From the NCBI GenBank assembly GCA_018971685.1, contig JAGXAG010000004.1, forward strand, positions 2,416 through 66,415: a stretch of DNA of 64,000 bases, in the 5' to 3' direction. Both the position numbers and the translations under genes were made by a program. The notes below the pieces were generated by a model. It ran no database searches and was not told the DNA's origin. It saw only the letters and a list, made by a program, of their open reading frames with translations. Numbering within the stretch: the stretch's first letter is position 1; every line of letters begins with the position of its first letter. The DNA is from Patescibacteria group bacterium (GTDB lineage: Bacteria > Patescibacteriota > Minisyncoccia > Phycocordibacterales > PALSA-1337). Positions 20,650 to 30,827 of this stretch are shown here, one piece after another.

Positions 20650-20904
20650 ATCTTACTTACACCCGCTATCGAAACGGATACAAGCAAGAGTCAGTGGTAA
20701 ATAAATAGACGAACAAACTTTAACAAACTTACTTTACTTATTGCTTTGTCAAAGTCCTTAACAAACGGATAACGCGATTCGACCGCATCAGGCGTTTGTT
20801 ACGCTTCATTATCGCACAACGCTAAAACCATTCAAAATGGTCGCATGTGGATAACTTGAAGCCATATTAAGCACTTATTGCCCACAAGTCAAGCACCCCC
20901 ACCA

Positions 20905-21013
20905 AACAAAGCGACATTTTCCCTTTCCGGAAGGTTCATTTTGTGCCAAGTGTAAACAGGATCGCTGTTTTCATTTCGCGAACCTTCCGGAAAGGGAAAA
21001 TGTCGCTTTGTTT
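20905..21013. repeat. perfect 33-bp inverted repeat with 42-nt spacer (aaacaaagcgacattttccctttccggaaggttc / its reverse complement)
   Basis: Arms at 20905-20937 and 20980-21013 are identical in reverse complement. The spacer contains tgtaaac. The element lies 12 nt downstream of the stop of gene 21027..21785. Confidence 0.7.
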
Positions 21014-21026
21014 CGGGGCGCTAGCA

Positions 21027-21785
21027 CTAATTGAGCGAATACCGACTCCACCGGCGTTCTCCTTCTTTGCGAATAAGGCCTTTTTCGACCATTTCTATAA
21101 GCTCGCGCTGGATCGTCTTCTCACTGCAGTCTTTGATCACTTTTGCAAAGTCCTTTATGGTCAGATTCGACTGGCCTTTTAAGACATTTATGATATCGTC
21201 GCGGCGCTTGGCCTTTTTCTCCTCTACGGCTGAATGTCCGCTGGAAACATCCGATAATTGGCGGCTTTTGTGACTATTGGCTTCGTTCTTCGATTTTGTC
21301 GCGGCCTTGAATCCACCGGTAAACAAACTTGGTGTTTTGAAGAATTGCTCCGAAAGGACCAAACCGGCGCTTTGGGCGCTTTCGGATAGGCGATCTTTCA
21401 TCAGGGCAACAATCTGGTCTATCTCTTTGACCAGTACCGAATAATTCATTTCCGAAATCAAGTTGGAAACCTTGGCGACATTGAGCAAAGATATCGTTTC
21501 CAGAGCGGCCGTAAACAATGACTGGATAATGTAATTCTTATCCCCCGGCACGGCATTTGAAGCGCTAAAGGACGACGACAACAAGTCCATGCCTCTGTCT
21601 CTAAGTTCCCATTTCATCGGTTCGTCGTCCTTGAGCAATCCGGAAACAAGATAGAGGGCGGAAGTGATCTTTTCTGTCTTTTTGAAGACATACAACAGAT
21701 AATCTTCAACAGAGAAAAAACCAAGCGATTGCCAGTTTATTGGATCGTTAAACTCAGGAGACGGATTGTTGTTAATATCGGACAT
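21027..21785 (-). CDS. hypothetical protein with C-terminal winged-HTH (DeoR-like) domain
   Basis: 252 aa. C-terminus LTIKDFAKVIKDCSEKTIQRELIEMVEKGLIRKEGERRWSRYSL is wHTH-like. The N-terminal two-thirds is unassigned. Confidence 0.4.
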   Translation of the reverse strand: MSDINNNPSPEFNDPINWQSLGFFSVEDYLLYVFKKTEKITSALYLVSGLLKDDEPMKWELRDRGMDLLSSSFSASNAVPGDKNYIIQSLFTAALETISLLNVAKVSNLISEMNYSVLVKEIDQIVALMKDRLSESAQSAGLVLSEQFFKTPSLFTGGFKAATKSKNEANSHKSRQLSDVSSGHSAVEEKKAKRRDDIINVLKGQSNLTIKDFAKVIKDCSEKTIQRELIEMVEKGLIRKEGERRWSRYSLN

Positions 21786-21943
21786 TGATGGTTAAAAAGT
21801 CAAAATATTGAAATATTAAAAAGTCTTTTATCGTATATTGTGTCCTTTATTAAAAGCCATTTATTCGCTTATGACCTTTACATGTCTATTATAGTCACAA
21901 ACAAAAAAGACGCAAGCGTGCAACTATACCATGCCTGTCAAGT

Positions 21944-24307
21944 GTGCTAATATTAGTGATCATGGCAAGAAAAAAAGAGTCGGAGGGATCGCAAAAAGGG
22001 TTGCGGCATGAGATCAGAGACGAAACATTACAAGCGATATTGGCGATATTTTCGTTCTTATTGGCATTACTATCGCTTTTGGCCGCATTCGGCAAAGCCG
22101 GCATCGTGGGCGAATACACATTCATTTGGCTGTCGAAACTGTTCGGCTTCGGATACTACCTCATACCGGCGATACTCATCATATTGGCATTCGTATTCCT
22201 GCGCGGCATCAAGAAGAAATTCGAAACCTCGAAAGCGGTCGGCGCAATTGTCTTATTCATATCCGGACTCGGATTTATCGACATTATGCAAACAAACTCC
22301 GGCGGCGTCGCCGGCAGGTGGATAGCCGCACCACTTTTGAAATTGCTGGATGTCTGGGCGTCGACCGCCCTGCTCATTGCACTCGCGATAATATCGATAT
22401 TTGTCATCTTCGAGGCGCGAATAACGATAGAACAGCTGAAATTCTGGAAATGGTTCCGTAAAAAGGACACGGACAATGGCAAGAAAGCTGTTACCGGAAT
22501 GGACGAAAGCGAGGAAGCGCAAGTGGAAAAAGCCGTCGCCGATGTCGAAAAATCATCAAAAGCGATCGACAGCGCTGCGCCCGGCGGCACGGCCGCGACC
22601 AAAGACAGTGTCGCGAGGCAAACGACGGAAATGGCACGCGGCAAGAAAGACCGCTCGGAATTCGACGACGAAGAAAACAGCTTCGGCTTCGCCATTCAGG
22701 CGCCTTTGCTGAAACCGTTCACTCCGCCGCCGATATCGCTCCTGGAAAAGGACCGCGGCAAGCCGGAAACCGGCGACATCAAGGCCAATGCCAATATCAT
22801 CAAGCGGACCCTGCAAAATTTCGGCATCACCGTAGAAATGGACGAGATTTCGATCGGGCCGTCCGTCACCCGATATGCCCTGAAACCCGCCGAGGGCGTC
22901 AAACTATCCAAAATCGTCGCTTTGAATAACGATCTGGCGCTCGCTCTGGCGGCGCATCCGATCCGCATCGAAGCGCCCATCCCCGGCAAATCATTGGTCG
23001 GCATCGAAGTGCCGAATACCGCCAAAACCACCGTCGGTTTGGCGACCATTCTGGCTTCCGCCAAATTTAAAGAATCGGAAAAGCCGCTCTTGGCTTCGCT
23101 TGGCAAGGACATTACCGGCGGCGCGCACTTCGTCAACCTGGCCAAGGCGCCGCACATGCTCGTCGCCGGCGCGACCGGCTCGGGCAAATCGGTGGCGATC
23201 CACGCCCTGATCACTTCCCTTCTCTACCGCAATTCGCCGGAGAATTTGAAATTCATCTTGATCGATCCGAAACGCGTTGAGCTGACTCTTTACAATAAGA
23301 TCCCGCATCTCTTGACGCCGGTCATTACCGAGGCTAAGAAGGCGATCCTGGCCTTGAAGTGGGCCGCGAAGGAAATGAGTCGCAGGTATGACATCTTGGA
23401 GCAGAGTGCGGCGAGGGATATTGATTCGTATCACAGGAACATAGTCATGCCGGCGATCGAAAAACTGAGGTCCGCGCCAGCCGCCTCTCCCTCCTCGGCG
23501 CGACGAAGCGTCTCACATTCGGCTTCGCCTCGTTCGACACTTGTCGCCGCCTCGACGGGAGAAGCGGCTGGCGCGGACGCAGAGAATGCGAACGCGGCTG
23601 ATAGATTGCCGGAAACTATGCCATATATAGTAATAGTCATTGATGAGCTGGCGGACATAATGCAGGCATATCCGAGAGAACTTGAGGCGGCGGTGGTACG
23701 ATTGGCACAAATGAGCCGCGCGGTTGGCATACATTTGGTATTGTCGACACAGCGGCCAAGCGTCAATGTCATCACCGGCCTGATCAAGGCGAATATTCCC
23801 ACCAGGATCGCATTGCAGGTCGCTTCGCAGATCGATTCGCGCACGATCCTCGACCAAATGGGCGCCGAAAAGCTGCTGGGCGCCGGCGACATGCTCTATC
23901 TGGGCGGTGAAATGTCAAAGCCGGTGCGCCTGCAATCGGCCTTCATCTCCGAATCCGAAGTCAAACGCGTGGTCAAATTCCTGGCCGACCAATACAAAGA
24001 CGAGATCATGAGCGAGATCAGCTTGACCACGCCCGAAGCGGGCTCTTCCGCGGCTTTCGACGCGATGATGGACAACGATTCGCTCGAAGAAGAAGACGAA
24101 TTGTATGAAACTGCCCGCGAATCGGTCATGGCGGCGGGCAAAGCTTCCACATCTTACATCCAGAGAAAGCTTGGTGTCGGCTATTCTCGCGCGGCCAAGC
24201 TGATGGACATGCTCGAAGAAAAAGGCGTCATCGGGCCGGCCAACGGATCGAAGCCGAGAGAAGTCATCGGAAAAGAAAATAGTGGCGAGGCTGGCGAAAG
24301 CTTATAA
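21944..24307 (+). CDS. ftsK: DNA translocase FtsK/SpoIIIE
   Basis: N-terminal TM helices, linker, then a motor domain with Walker A (VAGATGSGKSVAIHALITSL) and Walker B (YIVIVIDELADIM), and a C-terminal gamma wHTH (SYIQRKLGVGYSRAAKLMDMLEEKGVIG). The start is likely the internal MARKKESEG (21962), directly after a TAATAT -10. Confidence 0.9.
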   Translation: MLILVIMARKKESEGSQKGLRHEIRDETLQAILAIFSFLLALLSLLAAFGKAGIVGEYTFIWLSKLFGFGYYLIPAILIILAFVFLRGIKKKFETSKAVGAIVLFISGLGFIDIMQTNSGGVAGRWIAAPLLKLLDVWASTALLIALAIISIFVIFEARITIEQLKFWKWFRKKDTDNGKKAVTGMDESEEAQVEKAVADVEKSSKAIDSAAPGGTAATKDSVARQTTEMARGKKDRSEFDDEENSFGFAIQAPLLKPFTPPPISLLEKDRGKPETGDIKANANIIKRTLQNFGITVEMDEISIGPSVTRYALKPAEGVKLSKIVALNNDLALALAAHPIRIEAPIPGKSLVGIEVPNTAKTTVGLATILASAKFKESEKPLLASLGKDITGGAHFVNLAKAPHMLVAGATGSGKSVAIHALITSLLYRNSPENLKFILIDPKRVELTLYNKIPHLLTPVITEAKKAILALKWAAKEMSRRYDILEQSAARDIDSYHRNIVMPAIEKLRSAPAASPSSARRSVSHSASPRSTLVAASTGEAAGADAENANAADRLPETMPYIVIVIDELADIMQAYPRELEAAVVRLAQMSRAVGIHLVLSTQRPSVNVITGLIKANIPTRIALQVASQIDSRTILDQMGAEKLLGAGDMLYLGGEMSKPVRLQSAFISESEVKRVVKFLADQYKDEIMSEISLTTPEAGSSAAFDAMMDNDSLEEEDELYETARESVMAAGKASTSYIQRKLGVGYSRAAKLMDMLEEKGVIGPANGSKPREVIGKENSGEAGESL

Positions 24308-24665
24308 ACTTACCATGACTCGCACTTCCACTATCCGCCTGTTAAAAATCGGGACGATCGCGCTTGCGGCCATTTTGATCGCAGCTTACGCCGTATGGCG
24401 TTCGCTCGATTACGCCCGCGGACCGGAAATCGAAATCATTTCGCCCTCAAACGGCGCCTCAACCGCCAGCTCGACCGTCGAAATAACGGGGCGCGCCTTG
24501 CGTGCGAGCGATTTGTCGATGAACGGCGCTCAAATTTCAGTCGACCAACAAGGCAAATTTGACGAGACTGTTGTCATTTTTCCCGGCGTGAATTTCATAA
24601 CCTTTGACTCCGGAGATCGCTTCGGGCGCACCGCCGAAAAAATACTCGAAGTTGTCGGGAGGTAG
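24282..24665 (+). CDS. hypothetical small membrane-anchored protein
   Basis: 127 aa. TM segment LLKIGTIALAAILIAAYAVW. Overlaps the ftsK 3' end. Confidence 0.35.
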   Translation: MARLAKAYKLTMTRTSTIRLLKIGTIALAAILIAAYAVWRSLDYARGPEIEIISPSNGASTASSTVEITGRALRASDLSMNGAQISVDQQGKFDETVVIFPGVNFITFDSGDRFGRTAEKILEVVGR

Positions 24666-24718
24666 TCGCCGTTCGCTGAAATAGCACCACATTCTCGCAA
24701 TGTTTTCAATATTTCCTA

Positions 24719-25909
24719 TTGCTTTCATTTACTATACAATGTAGTAACCATTGTTCGGCACGAATCATAAAAATGATAACAAAAAAATCCAAAGGAAAGG
24801 TCGGGAAAATTCGCGGCCTTTCCGAAACAGAGAACGATAATGAAGCAAGCGAGCAAGTCAGTGTCGCGAACGAGTTCGTGGAAACCGGTTCGAAAAGATC
24901 CGCCGAAGGCGTGGCGAGCGCGCTCGACGCCATCCGTGCCAAATTTGGCGACGAAGCCATAATGAAGCTCGGCGAAAAGCCCAAGGTAAATGTCGGCGCT
25001 ATATCGTCAGGGTCGCTCGGTCTTGATTGGGCGCTCGGCATCGGCGGTTTCCCGCGCGGGCGCATCGTCGAAATATTCGGCCCTGAATCGTCAGGCAAAA
25101 CCACCCTAGCCTTGCACGCCGTCGCCGAAGCGCAAAAGCATGGCGGTATTTGCGCTTATATAGACGCCGAACACGCCATGGATCCGGAATATGCTCGCAA
25201 AATCGGCGTCAGGATCGATGACCTGCTCATATCCCAGCCCGATACCGGCGAACAAGCACTCGAGATTGTAGAGAGTTTGGTCAGGACAGGCAAGATGGAT
25301 ATTATCGTCATCGACTCCGTGGCCGCGCTCACGCCCAAAGCCGAGATCGAAGGCGATATGGGCGCGCACCATGTCGGCACCCAGGCGCGACTAATGTCGC
25401 AAGCTTTGCGCAAATTGACCGCTATCGCCGCCAAGTCCAAGACTGTCATCATATTCATCAACCAGATCCGCATGCAAATAGGCGTCATGTTCGGCAATCC
25501 GGAGACCACGCCCGGCGGCAAAGCGCTCAAGTTTTACGCCAGCGTGCGCCTCGATATCCGCCGTATCGCGCAGATCAAAAAAGGCGACGAGATCATGGGC
25601 GGCCGTTGCCGCGTCAAGGTAGTCAAGAATAAAGTCGCGGCGCCGTTCAAGCAAACCGAATTTGACCTGATGTACAACGAAGGCATATCCCGCGAGGGTG
25701 AAATCCTGGCCTTGGGCGAAAAATACGGCATTATTTCCAAGTCCGGAGCTTCATACGCTTATCAGCCGACCGATAAAGCCGGCGAAAAAACAGGCGATGA
25801 GATCAAACTCGGCCGCGGCTACGACGCCACCCGCCAATTCCTAAAAGAAAACGCCAAAGTTCGCGACGAAATTCTGGGAAAAATAAGAGCGAAGCTGAAT
25901 GAGCAGTAA
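24719..25909 (+). CDS. recA: recombinase RecA
   Basis: …[18 protein letters not shown]…[36 protein letters not shown]…VIDSVAAL…[37 protein letters not shown]…, a canonical RecA. Carries a ~35-50 aa Lys-rich N-terminal extension relative to E. coli RecA. The true start may be MITKK (24770). Confidence 0.95.
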   Translation: MLSFTIQCSNHCSARIIKMITKKSKGKVGKIRGLSETENDNEASEQVSVANEFVETGSKRSAEGVASALDAIRAKFGDEAIMKLGEKPKVNVGAISSGSLGLDWALGIGGFPRGRIVEIFGPESSGKTTLALHAVAEAQKHGGICAYIDAEHAMDPEYARKIGVRIDDLLISQPDTGEQALEIVESLVRTGKMDIIVIDSVAALTPKAEIEGDMGAHHVGTQARLMSQALRKLTAIAAKSKTVIIFINQIRMQIGVMFGNPETTPGGKALKFYASVRLDIRRIAQIKKGDEIMGGRCRVKVVKNKVAAPFKQTEFDLMYNEGISREGEILALGEKYGIISKSGASYAYQPTDKAGEKTGDEIKLGRGYDATRQFLKENAKVRDEILGKIRAKLNEQ

Positions 25910-26019
25910 AGACGGCGTATATCTTTTTGAAATCAATTCTGAAACAAGTACAGATCACCGAGGAAGAATTCAAGAGCTTGCTGTAACCAAAATCCCCGCC
26001 GGAGCGGGGATTTTGCTTT

Positions 26020-26649
26020 TTGACTGGAATTATGCGAGACTGGCTCTATTATCCGGCATTAAATCTATCGCCAATCATGTCAATACTCGAATACAACGAA
26101 ATCACCGAGAAGAAATTCATCGTCATGGACGGTACGCCATACGAAGTCCTGTCTTCGCATGTCTTCCGCAAACAACAGCGCAAACCGGTCAACGCCACCA
26201 AGCTCAAAAACCTCATGACAGGCAAAGTCACCGAGTACTCGTTCCACCAGTCCGAGAAGGCCGAGGAAGCCGAGATCGATTCCAAAGAAGTAAAATATCT
26301 CTACAACAACCGCGGCAAATGGTGGTTTTCGGAGGTGAGCGACCCGTCCAAACGCTTCGAGGTCGCCGAAGAGGCCGTCGGATCGCAGGGTAAATTCCTG
26401 AAGCCGAATACCGCCGTTAAGCAATTATTGTTCCGGGAAAAACCGATGGGCTTCCAATTCCCCATTACCGTCGAATTGAAAGTCACCGAGGCTCCGCCCG
26501 CCATCAAGGGCGACACCGCCACCGGCGGACAGAAAGTTGTCACTGTGGAGACCGGCGCCACCGTAAACGCCCCCCTCTTCGTCAATGAAGGCGACATCAT
26601 CCGCGTCAATACCGACACCGGCGAATATCGCGAGCGCGTGAACAAATAA
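26020..26649 (+). CDS. efp: elongation factor P
   Basis: MSILEYNEITEKKFIVMDGTPYEVLSSHVFRKQQRKPVNATKLKNLMTGKVTEYSF… Probable true start at MSILEY (about 26077). Confidence 0.9.
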   Translation: MTGIMRDWLYYPALNLSPIMSILEYNEITEKKFIVMDGTPYEVLSSHVFRKQQRKPVNATKLKNLMTGKVTEYSFHQSEKAEEAEIDSKEVKYLYNNRGKWWFSEVSDPSKRFEVAEEAVGSQGKFLKPNTAVKQLLFREKPMGFQFPITVELKVTEAPPAIKGDTATGGQKVVTVETGATVNAPLFVNEGDIIRVNTDTGEYRERVNK

Positions 26650-26652
26650 AGA

Positions 26653-26856
26653 TTAACTTGCCACATACGGCAAAAGCCCCATGAAGCGGGCGCGCTTGAC
26701 TGCCGTCGCCAACTGCCGCTGATACTTCGCCGATATGCCTGTGCGTTTGCGGCTTATGATGCGGCCGTGCGGATTCAAGAACCGCTTTAATACATCCGTA
26801 TCTTTGTAGTCTATGTACTTGATATTATGCTGGTTGAAATAACACTGTTTTTTCAT
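26653..26856 (-). CDS. rpsR: 30S ribosomal protein S18
   Basis: …[51 protein letters not shown]. Confidence 0.9.
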   Translation of the reverse strand: MKKQCYFNQHNIKYIDYKDTDVLKRFLNPHGRIISRKRTGISAKYQRQLATAVKRARFMGLLPYVAS

Positions 26857-26885
26857 GTGATTTTTTTTAATTGGTAATCTTACCC

Positions 26886-27365
26886 CTAGAATGGAATGTC
26901 GTCCGGATTAATCTCCTCTTGCGGATAGTCAATCTTTTCACCTCCTTCCGCTGACGGCGCGCTTTCATCGGCCGCAGACATCGCTCCCCCTTCATCTGTG
27001 GGAGATCCGGCGGCTGCGCTTTTGCCAGCCGGGCTCGTCGGCTTGGATCCGAACTGGATATTGTCGGCGATTATTTCGGTTCGATATTTCTTCACTCCTT
27101 CTTGCGTATCCCAAGAACGGGTCTGTATGCGCCCTTCAACCAGGACTTGCTGGCCTTTTCGGAGATACTGGCCGGCCAACTCACCCAACCTGTTAAAGGC
27201 GGAAACATTGTGAAATTCGACCATCTCTTGCTTTACACCATCTTTATTCTTGAACACACGGTTGGTAGCCACGCCGAACGAAGATACTTTGGAACCCGAC
27301 GGCAACGCCTTGATTTCCGGATCACGGGTCAAGTTCCCTATGATAAACACTTTATTTAGATACAT
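26886..27365 (-). CDS. ssb: single-stranded DNA-binding protein
   Basis: [43 protein letters not shown]…[36 protein letters not shown]… with the acidic tail …DDIPF. Confidence 0.9.
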   Translation of the reverse strand: MYLNKVFIIGNLTRDPEIKALPSGSKVSSFGVATNRVFKNKDGVKQEMVEFHNVSAFNRLGELAGQYLRKGQQVLVEGRIQTRSWDTQEGVKKYRTEIIADNIQFGSKPTSPAGKSAAAGSPTDEGGAMSAADESAPSAEGGEKIDYPQEEINPDDIPF

Positions 27366-27397
27366 GTTTTTATTTTGGCTTAAACCTGGTAAATTGT

Positions 27398-27928
27398 TCA
27401 GATTACCTCTTTGACCATCTCGTCAATACTCCTGTCCATATCTTCGACTGAGGCGGCGGTCGCTGGCGCGGCTTCTTTCTTGTCGCGCTTGTTATCTCCC
27501 TGATCAGTCTCGGCTTTGGTTTCGATCGCTCGATCAGAGCCGGTCAATTCGGCGGCGATTTGCATGGCGCGCTTTCCGAGATAAGTGTTCTCGCGCACCG
27601 TCGACAAAAGGAGTGTGCGCAAGACAGACGGATTGGTTTCGAATGATTTTTTCACACCTTCGATCTTGCCGGCTTCGAGTTCGAATTTGAGCCAGCCGAA
27701 ATATGCATCGGCGTATTTTTCATACGAACCGGAAACGGTCTTCCTGCGCATTACATACGCCAACTTTTGCCTATGGGGCAACTCGTCGGCAATTATAGCT
27801 GCGCCGGCGCCGGTTATTATTTTGCGGAGTGCGTCAACCTCGTCGGAAATCTTTTCTTCGGGCACGGCCGGAGAAAGCAGATATCCGATCTCATATACGG
27901 ACATGTCGCCATTTATTGTGTCGTCCAT
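27398..27928 (-). CDS. rpsF: 30S ribosomal protein S6 (with C-terminal extension)
   Basis: YEIGYLLSPAVPEEKISDEVDALRKIITGAGAAIIADELPHRQKLAYVMRRKTVSG…YFGWLKFELEAG… The order rpsF-ssb-rpsR is conserved. Confidence 0.9.
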   Translation of the reverse strand: MDDTINGDMSVYEIGYLLSPAVPEEKISDEVDALRKIITGAGAAIIADELPHRQKLAYVMRRKTVSGSYEKYADAYFGWLKFELEAGKIEGVKKSFETNPSVLRTLLLSTVRENTYLGKRAMQIAAELTGSDRAIETKAETDQGDNKRDKKEAAPATAASVEDMDRSIDEMVKEVI

Positions 27929-28084
27929 GGTTTTTTGCGGCCGGAGACTCCTCTTCGCGAGGAGACCTTGATTGCAAGGACCGGCTGCGATTACCTATTA
28001 ATAACGATACGCTAACATTTTATTTGCCTTTGCGCAAGAGCGTCCCCGGACCGGCGATTTCCGAGGCGCTTTTATAGTATCAGA

Positions 28085-28150
28085 CGCTGATTACAGTCTG
28101 ATTACAAACCGATAACATTCTGATGACAAAAGTTTAACGGAATGATGACT
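28085..28150 (-). promoter_or_regulatory. conserved promoter module copy D, about 160 nt upstream of the rpsF-ssb-rpsR operon
   Basis: The reverse complement reads ccgttaaactTTTGTCAtcagaatgttatcggttTGTAATcagacTGTAATc. Same -35/17-nt spacer/-10 as copies A-C. Confidence 0.45.
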
Positions 28151-28263
28151 TTTTTGGCGCCGGTGGCATTTACTTTTTGTGAGCCGAGGACTTGTTTGAG
28201 CGCAGTGTAATCGCTTCGCTTGGACTTTGTATAAGCTTCGCTTCCACAAGTCTTCGCTTGACG

Positions 28264-29160
28264 CTATAAATATTGGCAAAAGACTGCCGATGTGGGAATT
28301 GCTACGCCGAAAAAGTCGACAGAATTCGCCACTAACTGTTCCGAGACTTCTCCGAACTTTTGGCCGCGTATTTCCGCAATTGCTTTGACCGTCTCGACGA
28401 CAAATGCCGGCTCGTTTCTTTTGCCCCTGAATGGGACCGGCGCCACGAATGGGCAGTCTGTCTCGGACATGAGACGGTCGATCGGCGCGTATTTCACCAG
28501 TTCGTCGTAATCGCGCGTGAAAGTCACGACTCCGGTAAATGAAACCGTACCGCCGATCTCGAGTATTTCTTTCAAATCTTTGATCGTGCCCGCGAAGAAA
28601 TGAAAATTCGCGCGGACTTTTGCCGACTTTTTCAACATCGCAACCGCATCGTGATAAGCATTTATCTGATTACCGGCATCATTGTCGGCTTTGCCGCCAA
28701 TGTCATTTTTGGTTTTACCGTTGCGAATGTGCAACATCAGGGGCTTATTCAATTCATTCGCCAGCGCTATGTGGTCTTCGAATATTTTCCTCTGAACATC
28801 AAATCCATCCGGCTTCGAATGGAAATAATCGAGTCCGCATTCCCCTATCGCCACCACTTTATTGTGTTTTGCTAGCTCTTTAAGAGATTCAACCTTAGTA
28901 TTTTGATGGCCGGCGTCGTCGATCGGATGAATTCCTGCGGTTGCCCAGATGCCTTCATGCACCTCCGCCAACTCAATTGCTTTCTTTGAAGACTCGTAAT
29001 CCACGCCTACCGTTATCATGCCCACCCCGGCCTCTTTCGTACGCCCAATAACCTCATTCCTGTCGGCATCAAATTCCGGGAAATTGATGTGCCCGTGAAT
29101 GTCGAAAAATTTAATTCCTTTTGACATTTGGCTGTACGACATGCAAAACCGCTTTTTCAC
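28264..29160 (-). CDS. tatD: TatD-family metal-dependent DNase/hydrolase
   Basis: FDIHGHINFPEFDADRNEVIGRTKEAGVGMITVG…WATAGIHP…AIGECGLDY… Overlaps metG by 4 nt (metG-tatD operon). Confidence 0.85.
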   Translation of the reverse strand: MKKRFCMSYSQMSKGIKFFDIHGHINFPEFDADRNEVIGRTKEAGVGMITVGVDYESSKKAIELAEVHEGIWATAGIHPIDDAGHQNTKVESLKELAKHNKVVAIGECGLDYFHSKPDGFDVQRKIFEDHIALANELNKPLMLHIRNGKTKNDIGGKADNDAGNQINAYHDAVAMLKKSAKVRANFHFFAGTIKDLKEILEIGGTVSFTGVVTFTRDYDELVKYAPIDRLMSETDCPFVAPVPFRGKRNEPAFVVETVKAIAEIRGQKFGEVSEQLVANSVDFFGVAIPTSAVFCQYL

Positions 29161-30785
29161 TTTCTGACGAACAACGGCCGCTCGGGCATTTTGTTTTCTT
29201 TGATCAAGTCAAGAATCGTTTCGGCGGTCTGCGGCAAAATCGGCAAGAGCAATCCGGCGATGATTTTCAAATATGCGAGCAATTCGGCGATATCGCGCTT
29301 GGCGGCGGATGCGTCAGTCTTGATTTTCTTGAATGGTTCCCGTTCTTGGACGATCGCATCGGCTTTGGAGATGAGAGTCCAAACGGCATTCGACGCTTGT
29401 TGGATATTGTAACCGCCGAAACCTTTTTCATACTCTTTCATGGCCATAATTATTTCCGAGGACTTTTCGATAGACTGCGCCGTTTTTTCATCCAGTTTGA
29501 CATCATTCGCGACTGCCATTTTCATCACGCGGCTTACCAGGTTTCCCAGGCCGTTCGCCAAATGTGCGTTGTAAGCTTCCTTGAATTTTTCCGGCGTAAA
29601 CGGACTGTCCTCGAAAGGATGCAATTCCCGCAAAACGAAATACCGCAAAGCATCAGTGCCGTATTCTTTGACTATTTCGAACGGGTCGACCGTGTTGCCG
29701 AGCGATTTTGACATTTTGACACCGCCATCGCCGGTGATAAAGCCGTCGACGACGATGGTCCTTGAATTGGGCAACCCGGCGGCCATGAGCATGGCTTGCC
29801 ACATCGCCGCTTGCTGACGAAGATTATCTTTGCCGCAGTACTGGACGACGCCGCCGGTTTCTATCCACCAATGTTGGAATTTCTGATCGATTAACTCGCC
29901 TTTCCGTGAGACGGCTGACGACAATTCACTTGGTTGGTCGCCGGATAGCTCGTCAGGCCAGCCGACGGCCGAAATATAATTGACCAGCGCGTCGAACCAG
30001 ACATACATGACCTGGGTATCGTCGTCCGGCACCGGAATGCCCCACGGCATCTTGCTCGCCAGTCGGGAAATGCTGAAATCCTCGAGGCCTTTCCTCACGA
30101 ACGATTTGATCTCGTTCAACCTGGAGTCCGGAATGACGAAGTCCGGCTTGGTTTCATACAATTCCAACAACTGTTTTTGGAACGCGCTCGCTTTGAAAAA
30201 ATAATTCTCCTCCTCGATGGTTTCCAATTCCTGCAAGGGATGCAGAGGACATTTGCCGTCGACCAGTTCCGATTCGGTCTTTTCGAGCTCACAGCCGACG
30301 CAATATTTGACCTTATAATTTTTCTTGTATATGTAGCCGTTCTGTTCGACCGCTTTCCAGAATGCCTGCGCCGCGCGGACATGATGAGGATCGGTGGTGC
30401 GGATAAAATTGGTATCCGGCATGAGTCCGAGCGCGGGTATCAAGGCCTTGAATTTGGCGGCGTATTCGTCGACATATTCTTGCGGAGAAACACCTCGCGA
30501 CTGGGCGTTCTGGTAAATTTTCATGCCATGCTCGTCGGTGCCGGTGTTGGAGAAGACCCCGAAGCCATCAAGCTTTTTCGCTCGCGCCACGGTGTCGGCG
30601 CGGATGGCTTCCATGGCAAAGCCGATATGGGGATCAGAATTGACATAAGGCAAGGTAGTCGTTATGTAAAAAGGTTTTTGCCATTCTGGCCCCGTCTGCC
30701 ACGCTTTTTCCGTTTTCCTCGTTTTTTTCGCCATGCCTGAAGTGTACCGCGAAAAATTCAAAACGCAAAATCGCCGCGTCCGCAA
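29157..30785 (-). CDS. metG: methionine--tRNA ligase
   Basis: Class I HIGH region (PYVNSDPHIGFAMEAIRADTVARAKKL) and KMSKSLGN. Likely start at MAKKTRK (about 30734). Confidence 0.9.
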   Translation of the reverse strand: MRTRRFCVLNFSRYTSGMAKKTRKTEKAWQTGPEWQKPFYITTTLPYVNSDPHIGFAMEAIRADTVARAKKLDGFGVFSNTGTDEHGMKIYQNAQSRGVSPQEYVDEYAAKFKALIPALGLMPDTNFIRTTDPHHVRAAQAFWKAVEQNGYIYKKNYKVKYCVGCELEKTESELVDGKCPLHPLQELETIEEENYFFKASAFQKQLLELYETKPDFVIPDSRLNEIKSFVRKGLEDFSISRLASKMPWGIPVPDDDTQVMYVWFDALVNYISAVGWPDELSGDQPSELSSAVSRKGELIDQKFQHWWIETGGVVQYCGKDNLRQQAAMWQAMLMAAGLPNSRTIVVDGFITGDGGVKMSKSLGNTVDPFEIVKEYGTDALRYFVLRELHPFEDSPFTPEKFKEAYNAHLANGLGNLVSRVMKMAVANDVKLDEKTAQSIEKSSEIIMAMKEYEKGFGGYNIQQASNAVWTLISKADAIVQEREPFKKIKTDASAAKRDIAELLAYLKIIAGLLLPILPQTAETILDLIKENKMPERPLFVRK

Positions 30786-30827
30786 GAATTTTAGGCCAAT
30801 ATCTGCCGCATCTGGCCGAGGTTTTAT

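Noticed and set aside
21027-21273. 80-aa plus-strand ORF (21031..21273) and others overlapping annotated genes in alternative frames (for example 22156..22695, 25156..25530, 58072..58473)
   Set aside because: All are fully embedded in strongly supported genes (ftsK, recA, pyrEF, and others) on the opposite strand or in another frame, with biased low-complexity composition. They are by-products of the six-frame scan.
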